In this document: piece after piece, positions 1-8,696 of the stretch | How the letters are laid out: each line of letters starts with the position of its first letter | Numbering within the stretch: position 1 is the stretch's first letter | Origin: an uncultured Chloroflexota bacterium | GTDB lineage: Bacteria; Chloroflexota; Dehalococcoidia; Lucifugimonadales; UBA1127 | Reading direction: 5' to 3' | Assembly (NCBI GenBank): GCA_913045315.1 | Contig: CAJWQJ010000004.1 | Location: 4,348-68,347 of the forward strand | Length of the DNA stretch: 64,000 nucleotides | Position numbers and translations under genes: made by a program | Notes under the pieces: model-generated | The model's input: only the letters and a program-made list of their open reading frames with translations | Database searches by the model: none | Told to the model about the DNA's origin: nothing

Positions 1-1107
1 TGGATTCATTGCAACTTTAAAAGATTCCATCACCGTTAATGTTGGAATATTAACATCAACATAGAGTAAATCTGGCATGTTTTCAGCAGTTGAAAGCGGA
101 ATCATAGCATGAGTGATTAACAATGAAGAATTGTCAAAAACATGATTATTATCATTACCTAATAAATCAATATTTTCTTTTGCCAAAATCCAAATTTCTG
201 GAACTTGTCTTTCTCTTGTTAAACGTAATCTAATCTCACTATCTTGATAATGAATTCCTCTTTTAGGTTCAGTAAAAGAAAATAATTTTTGTCCAGGAAG
301 AATGTTTATTGGAAAATTAATTAATAAATTATCATTTGCATAAAGTATTTCCAAAAAGTTGTTATTAATTTCAATGGAATTCCCATTAAAATCAAATGCT
401 TTTGCAGTTGCTTCAACAAAATCATCTTGAATCGTAACGTTATCATTTATTATTGGTGGTAATACCCCAAATACACTTGTGAAACCTGAACCTAAAGATA
501 CACTATGGAAACCTTCATCCCTAGTAGTCACATCAATAAGAAATCCCCTTCTTTTTCCAATCGGTAATTCCCCCGATATAACTTCAATTTGCTTTCCATT
601 TAAAAAAACAGGGTATGAATATTTTTGGGTAAAGACACTATTATTACTTACAAACCCACTCAAAAAAATCGATTCGCCCTGAGCAATAAAATTTGATGTT
701 AGCTTCAAATCATTTAATTTAACACCGTCACTCGGGACTATGATTGATTCAATCATTTCTCCTGAACGAATAACATGTTCACCTTCATGTAGTTTACCCG
801 GGAAAAGCATATGTGTTCTCAAAGCTCTTCCAACAAGTTCCCCTGTGATTTTCCCTATGGTAATTTCATCAACAATAACATTCATATCATATGTCCCTGA
901 TTTATTGCCAATATTTTCAACAATAATCAGAAGCGTAGGATCTTCACCCGGAACATTCGAAACTTCATATTCAATATTCTTTACAGAAATATTAGCAGAA
1001 TCACCAATTATGACTTCTTGTGCAGATATGGAGAAAACAGTAAACAAAGAAATACAAAAAACTGATACAAAGAACAACGATATTTTAAATCTTATAGGAA
1101 AAACCAA
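1..1107 (-). CDS. Secreted protein with CARDB-like repeats; N-terminal 369 codons only (3' end lies beyond the window start)
   Basis: Absent from the ORF track because there is no stop in the window. My minus-strand translation is open for all 369 codons from TTG at 1107, with an in-frame TAG just upstream at 1119-1117. The N-terminus (M)VFPIRFKISLFFVSVFCISLFTVFSISAQEV looks like a signal peptide. Two segments resemble CARDB beta-sandwich modules, e.g. VSNVPGEDPTLLIIVENIGNKSGTYDMNVIVDE...GKLHEGEHVI. Confidence 0.6.
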   Translation of the reverse strand, partial: MVFPIRFKISLFFVSVFCISLFTVFSISAQEVIIGDSANISVKNIEYEVSNVPGEDPTLLIIVENIGNKSGTYDMNVIVDEITIGKITGELVGRALRTHMLFPGKLHEGEHVIRSGEMIESIIVPSDGVKLNDLKLTSNFIAQGESIFLSGFVSNNSVFTQKYSYPVFLNGKQIEVISGELPIGKRRGFLIDVTTRDEGFHSVSLGSGFTSVFGVLPPIINDNVTIQDDFVEATAKAFDFNGNSIEINNNFLEILYANDNLLINFPINILPGQKLFSFTEPKRGIHYQDSEIRLRLTRERQVPEIWILAKENIDLLGNDNNHVFDNSSLLITHAMIPLSTAENMPDLLYVDVNIPTLTVMESFKVAMNP

Positions 1108-1176
1108 AACCTTAAACTACTCCATTGATAGTATTATTCAAATAATTTTAATCAAAATATTTTCAATATTAAAATA

Positions 1177-3672
1177 CTATGAACGACGTCTAGTAGCCAA
1201 AACAGCAACTCCACCAATAGCAGCAATGGCCACAATCGCAATAATAACAATTACCATCATGTTGGAACCACCATCTTCTATCTGTTCGGGAACTATCGTT
1301 GCTTCAGGTGCAGTTGTAGGTTCAGGCACCGTTGTAGGCTCAGGAGCTGCAGGAACAGCAGTTGCTTCAGGAACCGTAGGAGCAGTAGTAGGCTCAGGAG
1401 CTGCAGGAACAGCTGTAGGTTTAACTTCTTCTGGCTTAGAAGGAACAGAAACAATAGGTGTAGCCTTAGAAGGGGCCTTTGTCGCAGAAGGCAATGGAAC
1501 AGAAGTCCCACCAACATTCAATGCTTTAATTTGGCGTCCTACCCGAACCTCATACAATCCTTCAGGTTTAGAAATAGAACCGAAGTTTATTACTTTACTT
1601 TCACCAGCTCCAACTGAGGCCAACACAGTACCATTAGCTTGTTTATTAACCCATATAGTTCCAGTATACGAAGCATTGATTCCAGAGGTATTGGTCACAC
1701 GAGCCGAAACACTTACTTCCTGATTTGACCCAGGACTATCGGGATTTAATTTAAGATCAGAAACAATAAACTTAGGTGAAGGAACTGAAGTGCCTCCCCC
1801 TATAGCAAAACTAGAGAAACCTGGAACTGTTGCCGTGTAGTATACATTGCCATCATTTTCCTTAATTCGTTTTGTAGGAAATGCTACCCAATCGCCAGTA
1901 TCGTCATTCAATCGATAGAGAAATACCGACCATTTTACATATGAACCAGAAGAAAACCAGTCATCAGGAATGTAGAAGGTAATGTGTCCATTTTCAATGT
2001 CACTGGCATTTGCACCATCAACACCTATACTGAAGTATTTATATGCACTTTGATCATCTGGAAGAGAATTCGATCCAGAGGGTGCACGACTCAAAATTTC
2101 CAAGTTTATTTTTACGTTGGAAAGAGATGATTTAAACTTTCCTAGTACTGAATCGATAGGAGCTGGACTTCCAACAACTTTTGTCCAATCAGTGCTACTA
2201 GTTTTACTTGCTTTGTACTGAGAAAGATTTCCAACAGTACCTAATGATTCAGGACCTGGAATAGAAGGATCAACAGTGGGAGGTTCTTCAGCAACTAATT
2301 GTTCAACAGGATAAGCAACCAAACGTTCTAAAAGAACTGTACTCATTCCATCAGCAAATAAAGCAGCAGGCACTACCTCTTGCAGACGATCAGCTAATGA
2401 AGCTACAGGCATAGTTTCAGCTATCGAAATTCTCGAACTGACTGTCACTGATTCCATAACACTAGAAGCTACCTTTATATCCATTGATTCGAGAACATTA
2501 GATGCTTTTGAAATTCCTCCAGAAACAGCAATGGTTCCATCGATCAAAGCACCAGCCAATTTAGCACCATCATCATCTGCAGCCAAAACCGCAAGAACAC
2601 CAGCAGCTCGCTCAACACCAGCAGTTGTTGATGCCATATTACCAATTACACCACCACCACCTTTAGCACCTTCTGCTGAACCAGCGATCACACGAAAGAT
2701 CTCAGCAACCTTCTGTTGACCATCTGAATCTTCAGCCAATAGATCAAAAACTTTTGCTATGTTTGTCTGTGCACTACTTGTGCCCAAAGCATCCTGAAGC
2801 ATAGATCCTACTCGTGCCTGACCTTCCAAGCTTTTAGTCATCAAAGTTAATGCGTTAGCAATACCTTCAGTAGAATCAGCATCTTCAGCCATTGATACAA
2901 TCAAACGACCAGCTTGCTCAGTACCAGAAGTATCGATAGCAAGATTTACTAAAATATCTGCTACAACTTCCTGATTGTCAGTAGTTTTAATCAAAGCTCC
3001 AAGAATATCAGCTCCTTTTGATTCACCACTATCTACCAAAACATCCTTAAGAATATCGGTAACAATATCTGCAGGAAGACCTTCAAGATCTGTAGCTGCT
3101 TCAGATGCTGTTTTCTCTTTTAAATCATCACTGGTTGGGACAGTGCCAATAGCACCACCACCACCACCACCACCCGATGCAGGAGTTGCAGTTGCACCTG
3201 GAGTAGGAGTTGCAGTAGGTAAAGCAGTACTGCGAGTTAAATTAACAACTGCAACAGTACCTGATGCAAATGTTGTAGTAGCAGCAATTGAACCACCAAT
3301 CAGAATTTGTACTGTATCCCCGTTCCGACCACCATCAACTGCTCTTGTATTTGGATCATCAGAAGCAACACGCAAATGTTGAAGTCCTGTATCAGTACAT
3401 GCATAAGAACCATATTTACCGTTTTTAGTACCGCACGTACCTATACTGCCGGTAATTACAGAACCACCTACGATAGTTCGAGCACTTACAATAGCTCCGT
3501 CAACAACAGGGCTACCAACAACAGTGACCGATCCTTCAAGGAACATGGGAGGGTTAGGGATTTGACTCTGAGCAGAAACACGTTGATCCGAAGTAATTAG
3601 CCACATCAAAGGAATAAGTGCAGTTAGTAACAACACCAAATAAAAACTTTTTCGTGTTATCGGAGCCATCAA
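1177..3672 (-). CDS. Large secreted, C-terminally membrane-anchored surface protein. Order of parts: signal peptide, beta-rich N-domain, poly-Gly hinge, acidic helical repeats, PGF-pre-PGF-like domain, CARDB-like domain, Pro/Thr linker, TM helix plus RRRS.
   Basis: 831-aa ORF. Signal-like N-terminus ends ...SDQRVSA/QS. G7 run at aa 167-173. Motif ...ITFYIPDDWF...WSVFLYRLNDDTGDWVAFPT...YYTATVPGFSSFAIGG matches my memory of the archaeal PGF-pre-PGF domain (TIGR04213). The CARDB-like segment is at aa 632-722. The C-terminus is ...EDGGSNMMVIVIIAIVAIAAIGGVAVLATRRRS. SD-like GGGGTGA lies 4 nt upstream of the ATG. Confidence 0.85.
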   Translation of the reverse strand: MMAPITRKSFYLVLLLTALIPLMWLITSDQRVSAQSQIPNPPMFLEGSVTVVGSPVVDGAIVSARTIVGGSVITGSIGTCGTKNGKYGSYACTDTGLQHLRVASDDPNTRAVDGGRNGDTVQILIGGSIAATTTFASGTVAVVNLTRSTALPTATPTPGATATPASGGGGGGGAIGTVPTSDDLKEKTASEAATDLEGLPADIVTDILKDVLVDSGESKGADILGALIKTTDNQEVVADILVNLAIDTSGTEQAGRLIVSMAEDADSTEGIANALTLMTKSLEGQARVGSMLQDALGTSSAQTNIAKVFDLLAEDSDGQQKVAEIFRVIAGSAEGAKGGGGVIGNMASTTAGVERAAGVLAVLAADDDGAKLAGALIDGTIAVSGGISKASNVLESMDIKVASSVMESVTVSSRISIAETMPVASLADRLQEVVPAALFADGMSTVLLERLVAYPVEQLVAEEPPTVDPSIPGPESLGTVGNLSQYKASKTSSTDWTKVVGSPAPIDSVLGKFKSSLSNVKINLEILSRAPSGSNSLPDDQSAYKYFSIGVDGANASDIENGHITFYIPDDWFSSGSYVKWSVFLYRLNDDTGDWVAFPTKRIKENDGNVYYTATVPGFSSFAIGGGTSVPSPKFIVSDLKLNPDSPGSNQEVSVSARVTNTSGINASYTGTIWVNKQANGTVLASVGAGESKVINFGSISKPEGLYEVRVGRQIKALNVGGTSVPLPSATKAPSKATPIVSVPSKPEEVKPTAVPAAPEPTTAPTVPEATAVPAAPEPTTVPEPTTAPEATIVPEQIEDGGSNMMVIVIIAIVAIAAIGGVAVLATRRRS
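1279..1506 (-). repeat. Pro/Thr/Ala-rich linker-coding region containing a 54-nt (18-aa) tandem duplication
   Basis: Exact 26-nt copies gtaggctcaggagctgcaggaacagc at 1334-1359 and 1388-1413. In the protein, TAVPAAPEPTT repeats 18 aa apart. Confidence 0.8.
3154..3174 (-). repeat. Perfect (GGT)7 trinucleotide tract encoding a Gly7 hinge
   Basis: The plus strand reads acc x7 at 3154-3174, in frame with the 831-aa ORF (aa 167-173). Confidence 0.9.
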
Positions 3673-3737
3673 TCACCCCGCGTGATTTAATAAATTATTT
3701 TAAAATCATTATCTCGAAACTCGACAGTAGAGAAAAT

Positions 3738-3773
3738 GTTTGGGGGAGGCGTAATAACACACTCCCCCAAAAC
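3738..3773 (-). terminator. Rho-independent terminator-like hairpin downstream of the 1542-aa gene
   Basis: Inverted repeat gtttgggggag / ctcccccaaac with a 13-nt loop. On the minus strand it is followed by ATTTTCTC. It lies 25 nt past the stop of 3798-8426. Confidence 0.6.
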
Positions 3774-3797
3774 ATTATTTATATCAACTATTAACCT

Positions 3798-6700
3798 TTA
3801 AGGAACAATCTGACCATCATCCAGGGCAAACATCCAGTAACCACGTCCAAGCAACATATCAGTATCTGCAAGAAGTCGCTTGTATGCACCGAGAACAACC
3901 TCAGTGTTGCCACATCCTGATGGACATATTGGGAATTTAATGTAGTTCTGGTATTCAAGCACAGAAGCCCATATTCGTTGTGGAGCTTCAAGTGCTCCTA
4001 AGTACACTTTTACGTCCATCTTGTCTTCAGCATGGAAACCAATAAGGTTCCAGGCACCACCAGTACCTTCAACAGTATATGATGGAGGTATTGATTGACC
4101 AGTTAATAAGAATGTGCCTTCATACTGGAACTTAATCGGTGAAGGGCTCGGTGGCAATCCAGAAGCCAACGGAGCAGAAGATCCGAAAGCATCTGAGCGC
4201 ATCTGGAACAGATAACCCTTACCCGTTCTGAAAACGCTCAAGCTATCTGTATCAGCAGTACTTGCAGTCCAGATACTCCAGCGATTTGCAGCTGATGCAG
4301 CGACATTTGTTGCATCATAGTACAAGATTGAACTGATGGCCTGATTACTATCCGCACCAAGAACATTAGCAACCATAGTACTAATTGGAGCCTCTAGAGT
4401 CGTTGTATTTGCAGCCGATGGAATAATCGGCAAACTGAGCATATTCTGACCAGGCATCAGGTTATGAACGAAACCACCTAATCCCGCAGTAATAGTCACA
4501 GTACAGTTATCGGTAGACTGATTACCAGCTCTGTCAGTTACCTGAACAGGAATAGTCATGGTGCCAGGGAACACACCAGCCGGTGGAACCATCGGCAAGA
4601 GATACGTAGCTGTAGCACCCCACTGATTCTTTACAGCAGAAGGAACTGAACTTGTGAAATTCATATTATATGTTTGTGAACCAACCGACTGTCCTTTAAC
4701 ACTAGCGATACCATTGGTGTCAGTTGCATTCAGTTGACATACTGCCATGTCATCGAAGCCAGCACGAGCAGAGTTGTAACCTGTTGGGTAGGAAGTATTG
4801 ACCATTGTTATTGATGGTGCAACAACGTCTAAGTTAAGAGTCATCTTATCATCTGATTTTGCAGCAGTACAATCAGTAGCTGGAGTTGTGTTACACAAAC
4901 CAGCCTGGTCCATAAGAACAACTGCAATAGAGTTCACTCCACTATTAGCAGTAGACAACGTACCATTTGCAGTATACGCACACACTACTGGAGAACCAAA
5001 GCTTGTTATCTTCTTAATGGATTTACCATTGAGGTAAACATTAAGTTGCTTTGGAACTTCCTCAGTACAGGTACCTGAAATTTCAACAGAAGGAATCTTT
5101 GTCGTGTTGTTTGCAATTGCAGTCTTATCATTACCAACAACAGTTTTGGCTATAACGGTATCAACTACAGGAGCCGTTATATCCTTAATAAGCGTAAGTT
5201 GTACTGATTGAGTTGTAGCATCATATGCTGTTCGAGCAGCAGTAATATTAATCGTGTTCGTGCCATCAGCAACATTAGACAAAGGAATCTCCCAGCTAAG
5301 ATCAGCTGCAACCGTTCCAGGTGCCAAAGTCTTTGAACCTGAACCTACAACCTTAACATCATCAACAATCCAACCAGTTCCATTGTTACCAAACGGGTCT
5401 TGTGAGTCAAAAGCGAAAACAATCTTACCAGTTTTACCTTTAAGTGAAGTAGGAAGTGTACTGGATAGTTCAACTAATGCAGGGCTTCCACTTGACTGAT
5501 ATGCAGTAGGAAGCATCCAGAATTTAGAAGTCATTGCACCAGGAGGACTCATGCCAACATCTTTAAACGAACCAACTGCGGCCTGGTTAGGATTAAATCC
5601 AGGGAAGAATATTGAGTAAGGATCAATTATCTGACCTAATACAGTTGTATTGTTATTTCCATCTTCAACAAATTTAACAGCTTTCCTGTCAAACTCCATA
5701 GCAGCCTCAGTATCATACCAAGTCTTAAAGGTGAGAACAGTTTCATCACCTACAGTAAATGATGGTGATTTAAATGAGCCTTGGCTTGGCTGTTGAGCAA
5801 AGTCAGGCATATTACAACTAGGTTTACAGAAGTTTGGACTAGAAGCATCATCCTGTCCAAAGTATGCTACAGGGTTGCTGGAAGATACAAATCCAACACC
5901 TGAAATAGCTGACGTTATATGCCAGTAGTTTGACTGAGTAGCAGCTGACTGATTCGGAGTATATTGAGCCTTGTCATTAGTAGCTGAAAATCCAGAAGCT
6001 GCAGTCCCATCTGGCAAACCAACAAGTATTGAACCAGATAAGTCAGCTGTAACCGCCACAGAAGAAACAGTTGGATCAGTAACAAGACCCTTAATGGTTA
6101 CACTACCGGAAGTTACACCAACAGTTGGATTCGCAACAGCACTGACATCAACACTGTTCACTTCAGTAAGTTTCAATCCAAGTGTCGAAGCTTTCACCAA
6201 ATTAAACGAAGCAGTTTCCGCACTTGGGTCCGTTGTATTAGTAACGGTTGCATCCAGTGATGCGGTATATGCACCGATGGTTGTTGCTTCAGACGCTGGT
6301 GTGCCAGGGATAATAGCATTAAACGCTTCACCAGTATCTTTGTCCACAGCCATTACATGTCCACTTGCTTTGGTTGTCATACCTATCAAGTTATACGGAG
6401 GTTTTCCTGGTTGACCCATATCAAAGTTCTGAATCTGACCATTAGCAGGACTTACTCGGAACCATTCAAATCCTCGGCCGACAACAAGTAAATCACCACC
6501 GTTTGGATTCTTCGCTGCAGGTATGAAAGTTAATGCTTCCATGCCCATAGGAGATGGACCCATAGGGTTATACATACCATTGGATCCTTGAATGTTACCA
6601 CTAAAATCAACCAACCAGAATTTAGACTCGTTTTGTGCACCTAAATATATGCCAGTCGTCGAAGCGTCCATGCCTCCGATAGCAGGCATGTTGAAACCAT

Positions 6701-8426
6701 ATTCCTTGACTTGAGACCAGGAAGACATGGAAACCATGGAAGCTCCACCACCTGAATTTATTTGAGCCTTCCAAAGTTTACGTTTTGGATTGTCATTCGT
6801 AATAGCATAAACAAAGTTATCACTGCCTACTGTAGCATAAGTTATAGCTTCTACCTGAGTACTGTTAACAGGAGTCTTAAAGGTACCCATGGAGGTACCA
6901 GCACTACCACCTGTTGTCTTCACATAGTGAATATCATTTGGAGAAATTAAGACGAACGCATTAGCGTTACTACCATGAGCAGTAATAGAACGTGCAGTGT
7001 TCGACACAACAGCACCAGCACCAGGGATACCGGAAGATGTGTATATACCATCCATAGTAGCTACTATTGATGTAGCAGCATTCTTGTTATTGACATCATT
7101 TTTATCTCGCATAATAGCGTAGCCCTTGATTTCAGGCATACCCTGACCGCCTACCTTTTGCATAGGTGTATTACCCATGTGTTGCTTGGTATTGGGGTCA
7201 AACTGACCAAGAGATGTATTTTGTGTACCAAAGAATGGGAAAGGATTATCCCATAGGTTCTTTTCTAGACCTAGGAAACCACCACCAGTTGGACCTGCAG
7301 GAAATTGCATGGCAGCCTCAGATATAATGTTACCTGATCCGCCGTCAATCTTTAGTGTATGAACCTTAATCATTCCATTGAAGTTTGGATTATATTCGGC
7401 AACATAAGCTTTATTATTTATCCAGTCATATGTTGCAGCCTTGAGTTGTGCACCAGGTTGAGCTCCAGTTATCTGTGCTTTCTTTGAAGCACCACTATCG
7501 GAACAGTCAACAGGCCATGACGAATGGTTGCAAATTCGGACGAAGTGCTGTCCCCCATGTTCACCAAAAGTCCAGATAACATCATTATTAGTATCATATG
7601 CAATTGAATGAACGTTTGATCCACCAGCGGCAAAGTCAGCATACTTATTACACTCTGATCCTTGACCGGAACCAGTTATACCCATTTCTACAATTACATC
7701 GGTATTATTGCCAGGACCGTTCAAAAGCACCCAAAGACTATCACCGTACTCATCGTACGCTGCTATATCAAGAGGTTCATTTGCAAATGTACCAAACGCA
7801 CCAGGAATAGGAACGCCGGTAATGTCACACTTCTTAGTAAAGTCCTGAGTTCCACCACCGCCTCCACCAGCACCTGGGAGGTTAAACGCCTTAGTTGCAT
7901 TGTTGAATGGGCCAGGAAGTGGATCAGGAACAGGGAACAAATTAATCGGAGGAGTATAGTTGATAGTATAGGTAATCTTAGCAACGTTGCTTAGTCCCTT
8001 ATAACCATAACCATAGCCGTAAGATATATATACTTTTGAAATATCGGTGGCTGCGGCAGTAGCCGTTAGGGTTCCTAACGGAGTTGAACCATTTTTGGGA
8101 AGGCTAGATGTAAGGGTCTGTGTTCCGGATATCGCGGGAGTGATACCGATTGCAGGAACAGCTTGAGGTCCTGCCACGCTGTAGCTCAAAGCACTAACAG
8201 CTACTTGCTCACCGTTGGTAAGAGCAAGTTCAGCAGTCGTTTTAACTGTAGCTCCTAAATTATAGTCAGCAGCATGGCTGTCGGCTCGAGCATGGCTCAG
8301 AGTAACACCAAATGCAACCTTTGGAAGGAACAGAAGGGTCAAGATAGTAGCCGCAGCTGCTAATGCAAGACCTATCCGAAAAAATTCCGAATAATGCTTT
8401 CGTATGGAACTCGTTATTTCCCTCAT
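3798..8426 (-). CDS. Giant secreted surface protein (1542 aa), function unknown. Order of parts: signal/anchor, beta-rich N-module, poly-Gly hinge, about 500 aa of possible propeller-like region, jelly-roll (choice-of-anchor-J/MAM-like) domain, Ig-like domains, unassigned C-terminal module.
   Basis: Uninterrupted 4.6-kb ORF. The N-terminus has a hydrophobic segment RIGLALAAAATILTLLFLPKVAFG. G6 run at aa 187-192. WYDTE...GKIVFAFDSQDPFGNNGTGWIVDDVKV resembles the GW-x-(I/V)DDV ending of choice-of-anchor-J/MAM-like jelly rolls. DITAPVV and DVVAPSI resemble bacterial Ig-like domain starts. Composition is rich in Thr/Ser/Gly/Ala/Asn. SD-like GGGAGA sits upstream of the ATG. Confidence 0.85.
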   Translation of the reverse strand: MREITSSIRKHYSEFFRIGLALAAAATILTLLFLPKVAFGVTLSHARADSHAADYNLGATVKTTAELALTNGEQVAVSALSYSVAGPQAVPAIGITPAISGTQTLTSSLPKNGSTPLGTLTATAAATDISKVYISYGYGYGYKGLSNVAKITYTINYTPPINLFPVPDPLPGPFNNATKAFNLPGAGGGGGGTQDFTKKCDITGVPIPGAFGTFANEPLDIAAYDEYGDSLWVLLNGPGNNTDVIVEMGITGSGQGSECNKYADFAAGGSNVHSIAYDTNNDVIWTFGEHGGQHFVRICNHSSWPVDCSDSGASKKAQITGAQPGAQLKAATYDWINNKAYVAEYNPNFNGMIKVHTLKIDGGSGNIISEAAMQFPAGPTGGGFLGLEKNLWDNPFPFFGTQNTSLGQFDPNTKQHMGNTPMQKVGGQGMPEIKGYAIMRDKNDVNNKNAATSIVATMDGIYTSSGIPGAGAVVSNTARSITAHGSNANAFVLISPNDIHYVKTTGGSAGTSMGTFKTPVNSTQVEAITYATVGSDNFVYAITNDNPKRKLWKAQINSGGGASMVSMSSWSQVKEYGFNMPAIGGMDASTTGIYLGAQNESKFWLVDFSGNIQGSNGMYNPMGPSPMGMEALTFIPAAKNPNGGDLLVVGRGFEWFRVSPANGQIQNFDMGQPGKPPYNLIGMTTKASGHVMAVDKDTGEAFNAIIPGTPASEATTIGAYTASLDATVTNTTDPSAETASFNLVKASTLGLKLTEVNSVDVSAVANPTVGVTSGSVTIKGLVTDPTVSSVAVTADLSGSILVGLPDGTAASGFSATNDKAQYTPNQSAATQSNYWHITSAISGVGFVSSSNPVAYFGQDDASSPNFCKPSCNMPDFAQQPSQGSFKSPSFTVGDETVLTFKTWYDTEAAMEFDRKAVKFVEDGNNNTTVLGQIIDPYSIFFPGFNPNQAAVGSFKDVGMSPPGAMTSKFWMLPTAYQSSGSPALVELSSTLPTSLKGKTGKIVFAFDSQDPFGNNGTGWIVDDVKVVGSGSKTLAPGTVAADLSWEIPLSNVADGTNTINITAARTAYDATTQSVQLTLIKDITAPVVDTVIAKTVVGNDKTAIANNTTKIPSVEISGTCTEEVPKQLNVYLNGKSIKKITSFGSPVVCAYTANGTLSTANSGVNSIAVVLMDQAGLCNTTPATDCTAAKSDDKMTLNLDVVAPSITMVNTSYPTGYNSARAGFDDMAVCQLNATDTNGIASVKGQSVGSQTYNMNFTSSVPSAVKNQWGATATYLLPMVPPAGVFPGTMTIPVQVTDRAGNQSTDNCTVTITAGLGGFVHNLMPGQNMLSLPIIPSAANTTTLEAPISTMVANVLGADSNQAISSILYYDATNVAASAANRWSIWTASTADTDSLSVFRTGKGYLFQMRSDAFGSSAPLASGLPPSPSPIKFQYEGTFLLTGQSIPPSYTVEGTGGAWNLIGFHAEDKMDVKVYLGALEAPQRIWASVLEYQNYIKFPICPSGCGNTEVVLGAYKRLLADTDMLLGRGYWMFALDDGQIVP

Positions 8427-8696
8427 TGTATATAAGTCTCCCGTATTACCTATTGTTTCCTACATCAACCATCAGATTCTCTAATGGATACATTTACTTA
8501 TCAACTAACTTCGAACTTGGTCATGTTGGACACATAGATTGCACAATATGCCCAAGTTATATTCGAAGACTAGAATAGTCTATCGGATCAAATACAAAAG
8601 TCAAGTCTTATTTTGATTAATTATTTGGTATATTTATGTGGAATCAGGAATCATTCAATGTAAGTATATTAAATTGTTTCAAAATTCATTGATTTT

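Noticed and set aside
740-1723. 327-aa plus-strand ORF, with similar plus-strand ORFs at 479-682, 2531-2719, 2975-3382 and 3307-3600
   Set aside because: They lie antisense to or overlapping the long minus-strand surface-protein genes. Their products are low-complexity mirror images of the Gly/Ala/Thr/Pro-rich sense frames (e.g. GSGAAGTAVASG). The minus-strand frames have signal peptides and recognisable domains.
4798-7994. Several 60-150-aa ORFs on both strands inside the 1542-aa gene (e.g. 5971-6414, 7662-7994, 7763-7984)
   Set aside because: They are embedded in a 4.6-kb uninterrupted ORF with coherent domain structure. No SD motifs or family resemblance. They are typical shadow ORFs.
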